A DNA stretch of 58,139 nucleotides, filler included, from Platydemus manokwari (taxonomy: Eukaryota): the NCBI GenBank assembly GCA_037951405.1. It is 5 parts of 5 records of this genome, joined end to end, with 100 filler letters (N's around TTAATTAATTAA, not from the genome) between each part and the next. Parts side by side here need not be neighbours in the genome. Positions count along the whole stretch, not along the records: positions 1 to 12,166 come from JBBMOY010277782.1; positions 12,267 to 21,906 come from JBBMOY011223432.1; positions 22,007 to 35,592 come from JBBMOY011679178.1; 2 more parts are not named here. One strand, 5' to 3'. Within the stretch, counting starts at the first letter, position 1; each line of letters begins with the position of its first letter. A model generated the notes under the pieces. It did not search any database and had not been told where the DNA came from. It saw nothing but the letters and a program-made list of their open reading frames with translations. Shown here one piece after another: positions 11,946-26,487 of this stretch. The position numbers and the translations under genes are program-made.

Positions 11946-12166
11946 TTTTAAACAAGTTAAATAATATCCAACATGATTTTTAGATGAATTATCAAATTGC
12001 ATTTTATTCATTGGCTAATTGAAATTATTTATTTTTATTTAGATTTTATATTTTCTAATATTTTGAATAAATTTTGAATTATTTTTTAACTAACGCAAGA
12101 TTTTTAAATAAAATTATTACAAATATATATGTCTATTTATTAATAATGTTACTTGCTTAGTGTAAG

Positions 12167-12266
12167 NNNNNNNNNNNNNNNNNNNNNNNNNNNNNNNNNN
12201 NNNNNNNNNNTTAATTAATTAANNNNNNNNNNNNNNNNNNNNNNNNNNNNNNNNNNNNNNNNNNNN
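12167..12266. other. Assembly gap with artificial TTAATTAATTAA linker
   Basis: 44 N + 12-mer with stops in all frames + 44 N. Confidence 0.97.
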
Positions 12267-12429
12267 TATTATTACTTATCAATATTATTATTATTAATTA
12301 TAATAATATTACTATTTCTTATAATAATAAGTATTATTATTTGTCATTATTATTATTATTACTATTTATTATAATTATAATAATTTTTATTATTAATATT
12401 ATCATTTATCATTAATTTAACTAATATTA

Positions 12430-12840
12430 TATTGATGAAATCATTGCACTGTATGAAGTAGAATACACTGTTGAAGATGTTGTGCTTAGTGCTGAAGATG
12501 GTCAGGTCGATGACAGTTACAACATAAGACCAAGCAATTTATCCCATGCAATTGAAATTTTCATCAGAACATGTTCTTCTTCAAACAGCTCTACTAAAAA
12601 AATAACCAATGATACACAAAGAAATTTAAAAGAATTCAAAGTTGATTTACAGAAATTTATTCAAAAAAAAAACTCTACAAAAAACTTTAGATGATTTTTT
12701 AAATAAATAATTATCTTTTTCTTAATAATTTCATCATTAATATAGTGATCATATAGATTTTAAATTCCGTCATTATCCGAATTTATTCACAATCCGAAAG
12801 GAAATCGATTTATTTTTCGTATTAATGAGGGTTGACTGTA
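12430..12840 (+). mobile_element. 3' end of a Tigger/pogo-like DNA transposon
   Basis: Ends ttcgtattaatgagggttgactg|TA, the reverse complement of a CAGTCAACCCTC-type TIR, with subterminal atccgaa repeats. Acidic ORF ending ..TKNFR*FF resembles a Tigger transposase tail. Confidence 0.6.
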
Positions 12841-15800
12841 TCTAATTTTATGATAATAATACTATAATTATTTTTTATTATTTATTAATATTATCTTTAT
12901 AATTATCAAAATTATCAAAAATAATGACATTTATAATTTTTATGTTATTATTGTTATATTATTATTATCATGATTTAATAAATTCTTAAGTTATATTCCA
13001 TTTTATCATCAATTGATGTTCGGCATCGACTTAACAGTTTTTCTTACGAAAATTTATCTTTATAAATAAAGTCGAAATATATTATTTTTGTTTATGTTTA
13101 TAGTTGATGTTCTCATTTTATTTTTAACTCACGGTAGCTTATATACTGACAGATCATCTTAGCACCCATTGATATTGTGAACGGTCTTGTTCATCCTCAT
13201 CATATAACAAATATAGCTCTGTATGATAGAATACAACATAAAATAAATTACAACTTAATAAAACAAAGATTCCACATATTGTCTCCTGCCATTATGTTCA
13301 AACCGATGGTCAAAATTTTTCATTAATATAAAAATCGATTTAATTGTTTAAATGTACTGATTGATAGACTGATCGATAACCAACATAATATGCAACAATT
13401 GATATGCAGTAACATAATTTCAGTTCCTCAATACAATTTTATGCTTGTTTTCCATCAATTATTATCTGATCAACGTCATGATCGGTAATTGATTATTTAA
13501 TAAAACAAAAATCCCCCATATATACATATCTATATTGAAACAACTCATTAATAAAATGGTTTGAAAACGTAGCCCTAACTGCACAGAGAGACATTTGAGA
13601 CGGTATGCTTGAGCCTAATGTTGACAGCATAAACCTGTTACAGTATCAACAAACCACTAATCTCTAATTATTTCCCCCTCACACCGCTTGTCCAACATTG
13701 TCAGCCGCTTTTTGCCAACTGATTTCGAATCAAGACTGATTTAACACTTCTTCTACTATTCAACAATAATCGATAATTAAATTATTTTTGACAGTTGCTG
13801 ACTAATTTATTAAGTAGTAGTAAAAGACATGTTACAAATCAATGAAATGAGATATTTTTGTAGTTACTTTAAAAATTTTTATTCTGTTTTATGTTGCTAT
13901 CTCTCTTGAGAAGAAGAATAAATATCGATTTTAATCAATAAATTTTTGTTGGTGATTTTTTTCGTTTGTTTTAATAAATCAATTATTATAAAATATTTAT
14001 CGAGAATTATTTAAAAAAAATCCACATTATAATTACAACAATTAAATAAGGAATTATTTTTAAATAATAAAATGAATTAAATTTTTGGAAATTTTCTAAT
14101 GGATTCAATTGATCGCTGATTTATGAGACGATTTTTCGGGAAATATTAGAAATTCTCAATTTGTCTTTGTTAAATTTTTGTGAAATCAAATAATTTTATC
14201 GATTCAATGTATCAAAAGATGTTCATAATATTTTTTAAAAAATATTTATTATCTAAAAATACGCTACTGATAAATTGTAAGTAAATAAAATTTGTAATAT
14301 TTAACGAATGTGTATTAAATTTTTCAGCAGTTCTACAATTTTAATGAAATTTTTAAACGACTCAGGAAAATTTTAACTAAAAATATTGCAAACATCAATG
14401 ACGAATTGACAAAAAGCCAAAGTTTTATGATATTTTTGAATATGAAATTCTAATAGATTAAAATGACAACACCGAATCCATGTTAAAATTCATAACCATA
14501 TATCGCTACTATTTTAAAAATCAATGATTAAAAACGAACTGGAAAGTCATGACCAAACAAATTTGTATTTAAATAAATCTTGTATCACAATTCCAAAATT
14601 AATAAAGGAAAATTGTACAGCAATTTTACAAGGTTGATCGCGATCACTCAAGTATGCGATCAATACAGTTTATTTATTATTTATGTGACTTGACCTCCAC
14701 TATTCCATAGAAAACGATGATTTTATTAACTCTTATTTGAGAACATCAATATTTGAGCTCGAATTCAATAGATTGACACAGACAATTTTACCGAGGAACC
14801 ACTTTTATAGTTTTCTTTTGTTTATCAGTATTAAGCATAGGACTGCGAATTCACATTTTAATCATTTCCTTACGATTGTGTTATTATCATGCCCATATAT
14901 AATACATGAATGAATAATAGGAATAAAAATGAAGCCGATTATTATGTTTATCTGAGAGAATTCAGCAAAAATTATTCTTATCAAAATTATTGGTATCACT
15001 TAACAGACTCCTTCGAAATTTACCTTTCATCGATAGGCAAATCCGAAATTTTTATTGCAATAACATAACTTCTATAAAGCTTATTTTTCCAAAACTTCTG
15101 TGGAGAAGCGGAATTGGACGAAAAATATTCAAGAGATCTTGAATCCATAATTAATCCATAAATATTCCCCTGATTAATCCATAACGTACGACTTAACAAA
15201 GATATATAAAAATAATTATAAAATAATTTATAGTTAAATAAAAATATTAAACATTAAGCTCAATATTTCACTGAAAATAGTTTAAAAATTCTCATTGGTT
15301 TTAATTTGTGTTTTTTTTAAAACTAACTCACCTGTTGGGTTAGAGCACAGCAGAACACATAGATTGATTTTAATGAAATTTAATTTATTATTTCTGTTTT
15401 AATTTAATTAATTTAAATAAATTAATAAATTAATTTAAAAAGAAATAATAAAAAGAAATTAATTTTTTATTCCTAAATGTTTTCATGTCCAGAAATGTAT
15501 ATTTTTATCAAAATTTCTCCTAATAATCTCTCATAACCACGTAAGTCATTCCAATCACAGAATTCAATATGACACACCAATAATTGATTTCTAGCACTTC
15601 CATCGATTCCAGTTTTAGATTTCAACCCTGTAATTCACTAATTAATGATAGTATAATTCCAAATTTCTTTGTGTCTTTGTTGAATCGAAAATTCCATGTC
15701 TGCAGAACCTAAATCACCAGCATTATCATAGCAAAGATTAATGCAGTAATTGTACTTGGTAGATTAATTTGAAAACGTCAAATATTCAAAATTCGGATTT

Positions 15801-18800
15801 CGAAATAACAGTTTATGCAATTTAAACTCAATCGTCAATGTGCAGCACTCAGAAATGTAATCTAAAGTTGCTCAGAAAAATATAGGAATCTGCACCAGAA
15901 AGGTAAAAGCAACGACAGTAATTAAGGACTATAAAAGACTGCCCTTTAGAATAATTGCACAAAGATACAGATTTTATCATCCATAAAAGACTGGTAGCTC
16001 TCGAAAGTGATCCAGTTCCTTTCATATATGTATCATATGTACTGAGTTGTCGTCTTGGATTTTGGCTATTAGATATAGAAGAAATTAGGTGTATACTAAA
16101 TATTTAAAGATAAAATTATAAATCACATTTATACACTGAAAACCAAATATTCGATGCTTATACTCTAGGACACACTCAAAGGAACAAAGTCAATTATCAA
16201 GTCAGTTATCAATTCACAATGAGTTTAGCATCCAAAAGATAAAACAGCGACAAAAATTAGCAGCCATAAAAGATTGACCGCCATAATAATAGTACAAAGA
16301 AGTACGACGAATAGAAAAATAATCATAAAGACTGGTAATTACCCTTCAAATTCAACACATTTTATAGTCCTGTGTGTGTTTTACGTGCTGCCTTGCGACA
16401 CTGATCCTTATTCTTCAGTACAGTCTAAAATCTTTCTTATTGATAAATTCTCTTTTATCTCCCATTTCATTGGCGCACCCCGACATTTGTGGCTTGCTTT
16501 AGCTGGGGGTCAATTGGCGATAGAATTTGATTCATCAGTGTGGTTCAACCCTCTGAAGGTTATTCGATGGTCTCCGTAGATATTTTGATCACTTTTGCCA
16601 CAAACTCTACAAAGTTCTTATATAAATATCGCCATTCATTGGTTATTAAAAGAACGTACCAAAGGTTTTAAATTCAATATCTATTGTCACTTCAATATGA
16701 AAAAATGAAAATATATAAATTAAATGGTCCTGGTTATACTTCATCCGAAGCACAAATTTAGTTGTTCCATTGTGTGACTCATCATAGACATAACAATAAA
16801 TACTAGAAAGAAATAGAAGATATTTTTATTGTTGGATTTTAAATTCGTTTGTTTCAATCACTGGCTCTTGTGTGACTTCGATAATCCATATGGTGACGAG
16901 ATTCAAATAGGAAAAAATCTAAAGGTGATAGTTTAACTAATAGTGTGTGTGTGTGTGTAATTTTATTGTAACTGTCTATCACAACAATAGATAGATATTC
17001 TATTCGATGAGGAATGAATCATAAAATCAATATTGCATTAAATCTTTCTTTCTCTACAGCTGCTTTATTGACCTATCGATCAAGAAAACACCTGACGTGC
17101 AGCGTGCTGATTTATGAATGACAAAATGCCCCAGTAATAAAACAAAACAGCTTTTGATAATCTATGCAGTGAATCAAGAAAGTAAATCAGATATTAAAAT
17201 TGTGAAATGAATGTCGTTAAACGATTAATTATAAAAAATATTTAACAATGATGCTAAAAAATGTGCTTGCTCTTCTAGCAAATACTCTCTAATCTTCTAT
17301 CTTATAAAAGGTTTCTAGTTCATGATATTTTGGACTCTGATTATTCATCACGAACTTAAGTATTTGTTGTTGTGGTTCTTAATGTATCGAAATTTTACAT
17401 TATCTGATTTTCAAAATGTGCTTTAAGATGTTTTTGGTACGTGATAATGATAGTCGTGGTGACTTTTATACTCTTTATCAGTGCCACCCATTTTATTTCT
17501 TTATTCTTGTTTCATATTACTACAATCATTACCTTGTTTTCGTTACCATTTTGTTTCTTCTCATTTTACATTCTTTCAAGATTCAAAATGACTTAAATTT
17601 TAAAACATAGACATTCATTTCAACAACTATAAAATAAAACAAAACGATACAATTATTGAAAGACTGTTGTCAAAAGCATTGCTATCAGCTGTTTATCATC
17701 TATTAATTTGATGGCTAGCATTTGATGGTTAATTGGTTTGATGAATTCGAATATCTTGAGAATAGCTTTGGGATAATTTTTTTAAATTTTATCGATGGTA
17801 GGACTTTTAGATTTGGTTATTTTGAGGAATTTAATAACGGATTTCGGATGATTTTCAAATTTTGAGTTGATCAAGAACTTGAAAGGCGAAATAAAATCTT
17901 GGATGTGTAATGTCCCTTAGCAAACCCATCATCTAGTTGACCCATGCGTTTTGTATTAACATCCCCTCGTTTAGTTATTTCAAATGCACTGTTCTTGTGC
18001 TTCTTCTTTAAAAGTCAAACACTATTTAATAGTAATTCCGAATTATTAAGATGCTTCTAGATTTCGAAAATAAATTCCAGGAAATATTGAAACCCCAGGA
18101 AACTCATTATTTTCACAAAGGAATTTAAGTGGATTTTTATAGCATCTTTTCTTGGAATCATGTAGAAGAAATTAATGGCTTCTCTCTTAGCTTGGAATTT
18201 AATTTTATCGTGAATATCCGAATATTTCAAATTTGAAAACGAAGGATATCAAATTTTAGACAAATTTTCAGATGAAGAATTCTTGATAGAAAATCAAATT
18301 TAATTTTTGAAAAGGCAAAGCTAAATATGGAGGCGGTAGTATCAATTATTTTTTACTGAAAGCAAGTTGAATGGAAGATAAATGAGTAGAATTCGATTTT
18401 TTTGCCCACCACTTTGCCAAAATCCTACTCTTGCCTAACATTCCACACATGACCAAATTTTCATGAAAAAGTATTCTGAGTTATAAAAAATATCTTGGTT
18501 TGAGATGAAAATAAGAGAGAACTCAGAAAATTATTCACAAGCACGAATAGATATCTTTAAAAAGAGAAAAATCTCGATTACTTTCGATGAAATGAAAAAA
18601 AAATATTGATTGCATGTGTATATATTTCATGCTTGTATTTATCTTGCTCTTACCGTTGTTTGGTGACAGAAAATAACAAATTCACCCTAGGGAACTTAAA
18701 AGAAATTTCACAGTATAATTAACAGCAGAATTTCGAGTGGTCAGAAAATTAATGATCACATTTTCATTATTCATTCGATAAAGTTGACATAATAAGCTTA

Positions 18801-20234
18801 TATATTGACACAGTCTGCATATAGATATCGCAAAACTGCAATTTTACTTTATCATTGCAATACAAACTGATAAAACATAACTCAGCAAAACGACAAAGAT
18901 TCTCATTACTTATGTCAATAGCAAGTAATACAAATAATAGCCTGCATTGATACATCATACCAGTTAGTCTACTAATAATAAACATTTACCCAATTACAAG
19001 GTACATATTACACTATATTCTTTATACTATTTACGAAGTTTCAGCTAACTATTGAGTTTATAAAAATTATCTTTATAAAGCTAAATTGACTTGATACCAA
19101 TGTTACGTAAATGATTAAAATTTTTGTGTATTTATATTTTCATACGAAATTTGACTTCTGATAGAATTAATTAAGTAATTTTTAAATATTTTTGCTTAGC
19201 TTGATTTTTAGCTAATATTTGTTGATCTTTATATTGACAGCAAATAACACGAATTATGGTTTGACTTCAATGTGGAATAGACTTATCAAACAAACAAATG
19301 ATATGAAATCCCGCTCCTTTAACAAAGGCGATTCTAATGACAATGGGATTAAGTTACTCATAAAATATGTTCAAAGCTTATTTACTTTACCTTGGAAACA
19401 AAAGATTTAAACAAATCACAATAGTAACATATCACATCATAAAAGAAGCTAAGTATAAAACATCTTTAAAGTTTCAACTTAATCCAGTTCATAAACAATG
19501 TCTATTTCAATCTTAAATCAACAAAATAAATATTGTATAGAAATATAATCCGGGTGTAGTTTTTCAAGCTTCATACTTATAATTTCAAAAGTCAAAAAAT
19601 TTGAATACGTGTGTTTCGATTGTCAATACAGTATTTGATCCAAAAATTTCATCTCGAACAAAAAATATTGTTATAAAAAATTCACATAAAAACCCATAAC
19701 AAACCACAAATCTGTAAAGTTATGTTAATGATCACTAAATTTCAATTACAAACTTATAATTTTACTAAACATGTTTACAAAGCACATCACAAGGTTTTCA
19801 TCTCACAAATCTGTCTGGATGAACGGTTGTAGAAATACCATTTTTCGATTACTTGAATCAAACAGAAACTTAATTAGTTCCAAATAATTTCAAACACACC
19901 AACTTCACGGGTATAAATAGTCAAAGTTTAGTTTTAAAATAAACAGAGCATCAAGTTTGATCAATCAGTGAATAACAATTCAAATTTTCGATAAACAAAA
20001 TTCTCAAACCAATAGCGCCATTACATCAATATCATATCAATAACGTTAACAAAGCATAAAGCAAGTTTATATAAGGTCTTTGAAACAAATAATTATCTAA
20101 CATATCATTTTTATCAGCGAATTAATAAAATTTATTACAAAATGAAGTTTTTTGTCAAATAACATTTCAAATTAAAAATCCACACAAAATTCAATTAAAT
20201 TAAAACAACAAGCGAAATCTAATTTGAATTTAAA

Positions 20235-21241
20235 TTACAATCCAATTCCAGTTAAGTGAGCATCGATTTGTTTCAATTTCGGCAACAAAATTCGAACTTT
20301 TCTACGATAATTTGGATCTTCTTTTGTTCGATCTGCCGAATACCAAATAGGGTTTCGCTCGAAATAAACAGTGGACAATTTTTCTAAATTAACTAATTCA
20401 TCAATATCATTCCAATTTGACATGTTATTATCATTGAACCAGAACTCTTCAAGGACTTTCAGGTGGGACAGGTTCTCCAGTTTTGAAATACGATTAGCAG
20501 ATAAATCCAAAGTGGTCAACTTGAATAAATTGTCAAGATTTTCAATTTTAGAAATGCCATTATGGCTGAGATAGAGCTGTTCCAAATTGATCAGACCATC
20601 AAGACCTTCAATTTTGACGATTCTGTTTCCTTGCATACTCAGAAGAGTTAAATTAGTTAAATAATTTAAATTCTCTATTTTGGAAATTTTGTTCTTTCCA
20701 ATATACAATTGATTGAGATTTATTAAAGTGTCAAGATTTTGTATTTTTCGAATACCATTTGAACCGAGCTCTAACATGTCGATATTGATAAGAGTGTCAA
20801 GATTCTCAATTGTTTGAAGTTGATTGTTTACGAAATATAATTTCTTCAAATTTATCAGCATTTCAATGTTTTCGATTTTTTTTATTCGATTGAAACTTAA
20901 ATCTAATATTATCAGATTAGTCAAACTTTGTAAATTTTCAATTTTGGTTATCTGATTATCGTATAAATCCAATTCTTCCAGTGTATGAGCAACGGGTTCA
21001 AGATTTTCAATTATTTTAATCAAATTATTTCTCAAACAGATAGACTTAGCCTGAAAAAGTTATTTATAGTTTTTGTTTTAAAATTAATTTTAAAATTTAC
21101 TCTGACTAATTGTTCCAAATTTTCAATCTTTTCTAAACGTGCATGATTAAAATCAATTATTTCTGCTTGTGGATCTATAGATAATATTTCGACGTTTTCA
21201 TCTGAAATCACAGATTCACCAATTCCATTTTCGTCTGTCAT
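20235..21241 (-). CDS. PPP1R7: Protein phosphatase 1 regulatory subunit 7 (sds22), LRR protein; complement join(21241..21101,21050..20235), 318 aa
   Basis: SDS22-class LRRs (LEELDLYDNQITKIENL, LELGSNGIRKI, LSMQGNRIVKIEGL, LYLSHNGI) and LRR cap (TVYFERNPI..NYRRKV..LPKLKQIDA). A 50-nt phase-0 GT-AG intron (21100-21051) joins EQLVR|AKSICLRNN. Confidence 0.95.
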
Positions 21242-21906
21242 TGAAATTGGTAACTATCTTTTGTGATAAATAGTGAATTATAATCTTGAATAAGTATTTT
21301 AAAAATAAGCTCGGTAATGGTATTTTATAGTATGTTTAAACAAATTGAAATTCATAAAATATTTTTATAATCTGAATATTTAACTATATTGGTCGAAATT
21401 AACTTCAATGATAATTTTTAAACTAAAAATAAAATTTGATACACAGTTTATTACTAATTAATATATATTTAATATGAGATATTTTATTAAAAATAAAGTG
21501 TTTTATAAAATTTTTAAATGACAATATTATTTAATTTAAATTGTAAACTTATTATTATAAATAACCACTATTCATTTAAAAGTACAAATAGAGCACACGT
21601 ATTGAAGGAATTAAAGGTTAAGATTTATCATATAACAATAATAATTACCAATATATAGAAAAACGTGCCTGATCAATACTAACGGGAAATTTTTTGAAGA
21701 GTAATGATAAGAACATTTAAAAACATTGATAAATCATTTATTATGATTAATCTAGATTTTCTAATCTCATGTACACTTATGCTGGGCAATATCTACATGG
21801 ATTCTTTCCAATTGTTAGAGATAATTTCACCAATTTAACACAAGTAGCTACAAATATATTATCAACTTGCATCAATGTAAATTTAAAAACATCTATAATG
21901 ACGAAA

Positions 21907-22006
21907 NNNNNNNNNNNNNNNNNNNNNNNNNNNNNNNNNNNNNNNNNNNNTTAATTAATTAANNNNNNNNNNNNNNNNNNNNNNNNNNNNNNNNNNNNNN
22001 NNNNNN
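21907..22006. other. Assembly gap with artificial linker
   Basis: N44-TTAATTAATTAA-N44. Confidence 0.97.
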
Positions 22007-24826
22007 AAATCTAAATGTTTTATTGCAATAAATAACTTTTATTTTATTAATGTATTTGTCGATCGTTTTAGAAGAATTTTTCATAATAATTAAATTCGTT
22101 TTAAATATCTGAAAAAATTGAAAAAACGAATCTCATAATAAAATTCAATTTTCGACTCAATCGTTTTTGAGCAATTATGTAAGGACATTAATAGGATTCA
22201 GGGTAGAAAAAGGAAAAAATATGAAATCACAATTTGATTGCTTCCATGGAAGATTATGAAAAAACATATATGAAGTATAAAATATAAAAAAAAACGAAAT
22301 ATGTTTTTAACAATAATAGGAGAATTTTGTATTGATTTTTCTTTTTTGTATTATTCAGCTAACATTTTAAAAAAAATTATTATTTGTCTCGAGAAATTAC
22401 ATGTCGACTAATAATCAGGGTCTTAAAAGGCATTTCTTTCGGTAAAATGGATTAATACAGTATAATGTATTATTGTATTAACGATAAGATGTTTATTTTA
22501 GAGTATTGTGCACAACATTCTATAAAACAAATCATGGATTATCATGTTTATCATGATTTTAATTTCTTTCTATCAAATATCGTTTATTTGTTAATTGCTT
22601 AATCTTACGAGAAATTGAACAACCTATTACTGTTAAAAAATGAAAATTATGAACAATATTTTCAAAAGATATAGATAATATATAGATACCGTAATATTCA
22701 AAGCAATCGGTGCCAATTCTAGGCAATTTTATAATATCTACTTTCAATTGATTATAAAAAATTTCAAAATAAATTCCAATACCATTGTTTGTATGGAACT
22801 GTTAAATCATCAATACATAACCTGGTACCAAAGAATAATCTTCCCCATATCATTTCATAAAAAGACTAACACCTACAAAATTGTTGCCAAACACATACTG
22901 ACATCTTGAATTCGTCAATACGCACTGCATAATTTCAAATTACTTTCAATCATATTCAGTATCTCGAGTATTTAAGATGATATTTTTCAGTGCCAATACC
23001 CATCTTTTACAATCAATCCTACTAATCCATTCATTGGGAATATGTGAATAGACATTAGAGTATCCGAGTATACTGTGGAAAGTGCTCTCCAAAAACGATT
23101 CCAGTAACCTATTCCACAAAAAATAAATATATCATTTCTAGTCTATTGACATAAATTATATCTAATCGATATAAATTTATCGATTAAAATATAAATTAAA
23201 ATAAAAAATATTTAAATTTTTATTTTGCATTTCATTTATTGATGAATTTATTATCTTTGTTTTTTACTTTTATTGATCACTTTACGTGTTGAAAGTGCTT
23301 AGTTCAATAAATTTTTGATTTTTTAGCATTTTCTAAAAGCGGTAGTAACGATGTTATTATTCACCGATATTATTAATATTTTCAATTTCCATAATTTCAG
23401 TTCTTGTCATCAGTGTGATAGAAAAGAAAATATCAATCAATAATCCTATCAAATATGAGCAAGTCAACGATAATATTTTGATAAATTATTATTATTATCA
23501 AACCGTGCTGTGAATAAAGTAAAACATAATTAAAATCGTATCACTATACAATACTAAATTATAACTCAGAACTGGATCAGAACCAGAAAGTCAAATACAA
23601 GCCAATCAAAAAGGCAGGCGGTCGGACAAAATCACACAAAGTCAAAGTACAGAATACAGGTTGCCAACCAAAAGACTGGCAGTTATTGTCAAAAATAGGC
23701 TCTTCGTAATATTCATACACACGTTATGACATTGATTCATTTAAACAAATCGTTTTAGAATATTCTATTAGTTTTATTTTTTGATTTTAGCAAATTATTA
23801 ATGATTTTCTTTTAGAATATTTCTAAAAATATTTATTTTTCTAAGGTTTATATTTACATACTTTACATGTATATTTGTATACAAGTGAAAAAATTGACAA
23901 TCTTTTCCGAAAGAGGATTCTTTTTATTCACTCTATTAAGCATGTTCTTTGTGTTTTATCAACTTTTGTTTTAATTCGGAACTCTAATTAAAACTAATTA
24001 TCATATTTTATTGAATTTTCGAGTTCAATTAGATGATAAATCATAATTAAATCACCCGCTTTTTTATTTAAAAAGATTTTCAAGAGATTTTATGGATTTG
24101 ATTATTTTCTAGATTTCTAACGATAAACCCGAAATAATCTTTGAGTTATTTTTTATGATTGTTGAAGAACAGTTCGTCTAAGTTAGTTTATATTACCGAA
24201 TTGACTTGTATCTATTTCTCTACCGGATAATAATTGAGAAAATGAAGAAGAACACTAAGACAAGAACACTAATAAGCATTCAGGAGAACTTATATTTTAA
24301 GTGAGTATTGTTAGGGATATTCTGATTTAGAAAGAGTTTTTGATAGATTAAAATAGCCGTTGTTTAGTATAACATGACGCATTTGAAGTCCTATATGTTA
24401 CCAATGAATAGAAAGGTTTGTAATTGAATTTAAACTTAAATAAGCCTTACAGTTATCTCAAGCTTTATATTTAAATTGATTAAAAAATATCATCCTGTCT
24501 TTAACAATTGTTCTTTTTCGTCAGAAAGAATACAGAAAACGATGGTCTTTGTAATTTTATAAACAATTATCAATAAAGCGATTGATTTCAAAGAGAAAAT
24601 ATTGATAATGAAGATCTCATGAAATACGTTCGATAATTAATATTTATAAGAATTATAATGATTGAGCTATTAGAAATTGAGGAAACGAATTAATTAAATT
24701 AAAAGCAACTAATTGAAGTCATTGCTTCCTGAGCATTGTTTCCAAATTGACGTTTATTCATTATATTATATTTTTATGTAAATTGATTTAAATAAAAAAA
24801 CTCCACCATAGATTTTATTGTGAAAT

Positions 24827-26015
24827 TCAAAATATTAATTTAAAAAAATTATGTTTCAATCCTTCTTTGGCAGTGATTCTAATCGTTGGGTTGGTAACAA
24901 GCATTTTCTTAATCTAAATGAAAATTTAATTCTTACTGACAGTTTTTAATAAAACATTTACCAAATCCAAAGCGTCCGGTGAAATATTTTTCCAATGGTC
25001 AGCGACAATTGGAAAAATTCCGGTCACGATGTTCTTATATAAAGCTGAGTCATTTTTAAATGGCGGATATCCAGTAAATAGAATGTACATGGTGACACCA
25101 GAAGACCACATGTCTGCAGATGTACTGGGTAAAGGCAATGATCTATTTTTGTAACGAGCAATCATCTCTGGAGGTAAATACAAAGGTGAACCACGAATAA
25201 CTGGAAATGGAAATTAAATTATTATGAAATATCAATAAACAAATATTACATGATCTCCGTTCAATGTCAGTATCGTAAACAGCGAATTCAAAGTCAATAA
25301 GCTTTATGTTGCATTCATCGTCCAATAAGATATTTTCCAATTTTATATCCAAATGCGTTAAATTTCTTTCATGAATAAACACTAAAGCTTGGAAAATTTG
25401 ATTCATAAATTTTCTGATGATTCGTTCAGAAATTTTACCAGTATTGGTTAAGAAGTTAAGCAGATCCCCTTTTGAATAACTGAATTCGAAATCAAAAATA
25501 GATTTAAAATGTACTACATTCAAGACTTACTAATCCTGGACAATCATTATATTCTTATCCGTCTCATAATAATCGTAAACATCGATTATGTATGGGCAAT
25601 TAGCACAACTTTTCAAGATTTCAAATTCATTTTTAGCATTAGCTTTTATTTCATCGGCTTTGGCACAATTCTCCAGTACATATGATTTCACTAGGAATGG
25701 TTTCTACAAATTATTGTTTATTAATTTACTTATATTTTTATCTTTGAATTATTATATCATTATTAGCAAAATTAATCTAGAGTTGAGTCATAATAATAGT
25801 GTTTTACTTACTTGATTTTTAATTTTATGGCAAATGTAAAGCACATTAAATTGTTTTTCTGTAATGATATCTGATATAATGTATTTCTTATGAAATTTAG
25901 CTTTCGAGTTGAAGATTCCTTTTATTTTCTTCAAATTCTCCATTCGTTTTAAATTGATGTAATTAATATGCTTTGGTTTAAGGAAATATTTTTCATTTAT
26001 AGAGATTAATGACAT
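24827..26015 (-). CDS. Divergent CAMK-group Ser/Thr kinase; exons 26015-25812, 25703-25531, 25479-25250, 25200-24962, 24913-24827 (~310 aa)
   Basis: Four GT-AG introns (108, 51, 49, 48 nt) give one uninterrupted 933-nt frame: FLVK, NEFEIL, HLDIKLENILL, IKLIDFEFA, GSPLYLPPE, DMWSSGV, GYPPF, ISPDALDL|IKKMLVTNPTIRITAKEGLKHNFF. Start codon uncertain. Confidence 0.85.
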
Positions 26016-26487
26016 AATATCAAGAAAATGTTACGGAATTTTCATTTCCCGTTCTAATGGTGAGTTAATATTTTATGGTCACACTTAAGTTATTTAAATC
26101 AATTTCATAGTTTTCCCTGATTGTTTTAGTTCATTGATTTTTTGACTTTTAACTAGGTTAAATTTGTAAAGTGTGAAGTTTTATAATGATCCGATATCGC
26201 TGAGTGATTTTTATGTTAAATTCAACTGATGGAATGCTGTTCTCTAGATATTTTTGCAATATAACATTAAACCAAATATCAGAGAAGCAAGACCATGATT
26301 CAAAAAATTGAAATCAATAATTTGAATAAAGATAATTTGGTTTAAATCCATGGAAGAGATGTGAAGTACAGAATAAAGACGGTTGTTATTATTTGTAATT
26401 TTATTTTTAATTATTCAGAATTTAATTTAATTTATTTTATCCGAGAAACATTTCAACTCATGTTCCTCATATTTGCAACATAATTAC

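Larger units (their letters stand above)
7170..11950. mobile_element. Decayed Polinton/Maverick (endogenous polintovirus) fossil
   Basis: Remnants of integrase, pPolB, major capsid, penton, cysteine protease and two further Polinton-type proteins cluster on one contig. No TIRs or packaging ATPase recognised. Confidence 0.85.

Noticed and set aside
12211-12222. TTAATTAATTAA palindrome repeated four times inside N runs
   Set aside because: Identical 44-12-44 layout with stops in all frames: an artificial scaffolding linker.
22940-23110. Minus-strand LGYSNVYSHIPNEWISRID resembling an ADP-ribosylglycohydrolase C-terminus
   Set aside because: No consistent exon chain or other family motifs.
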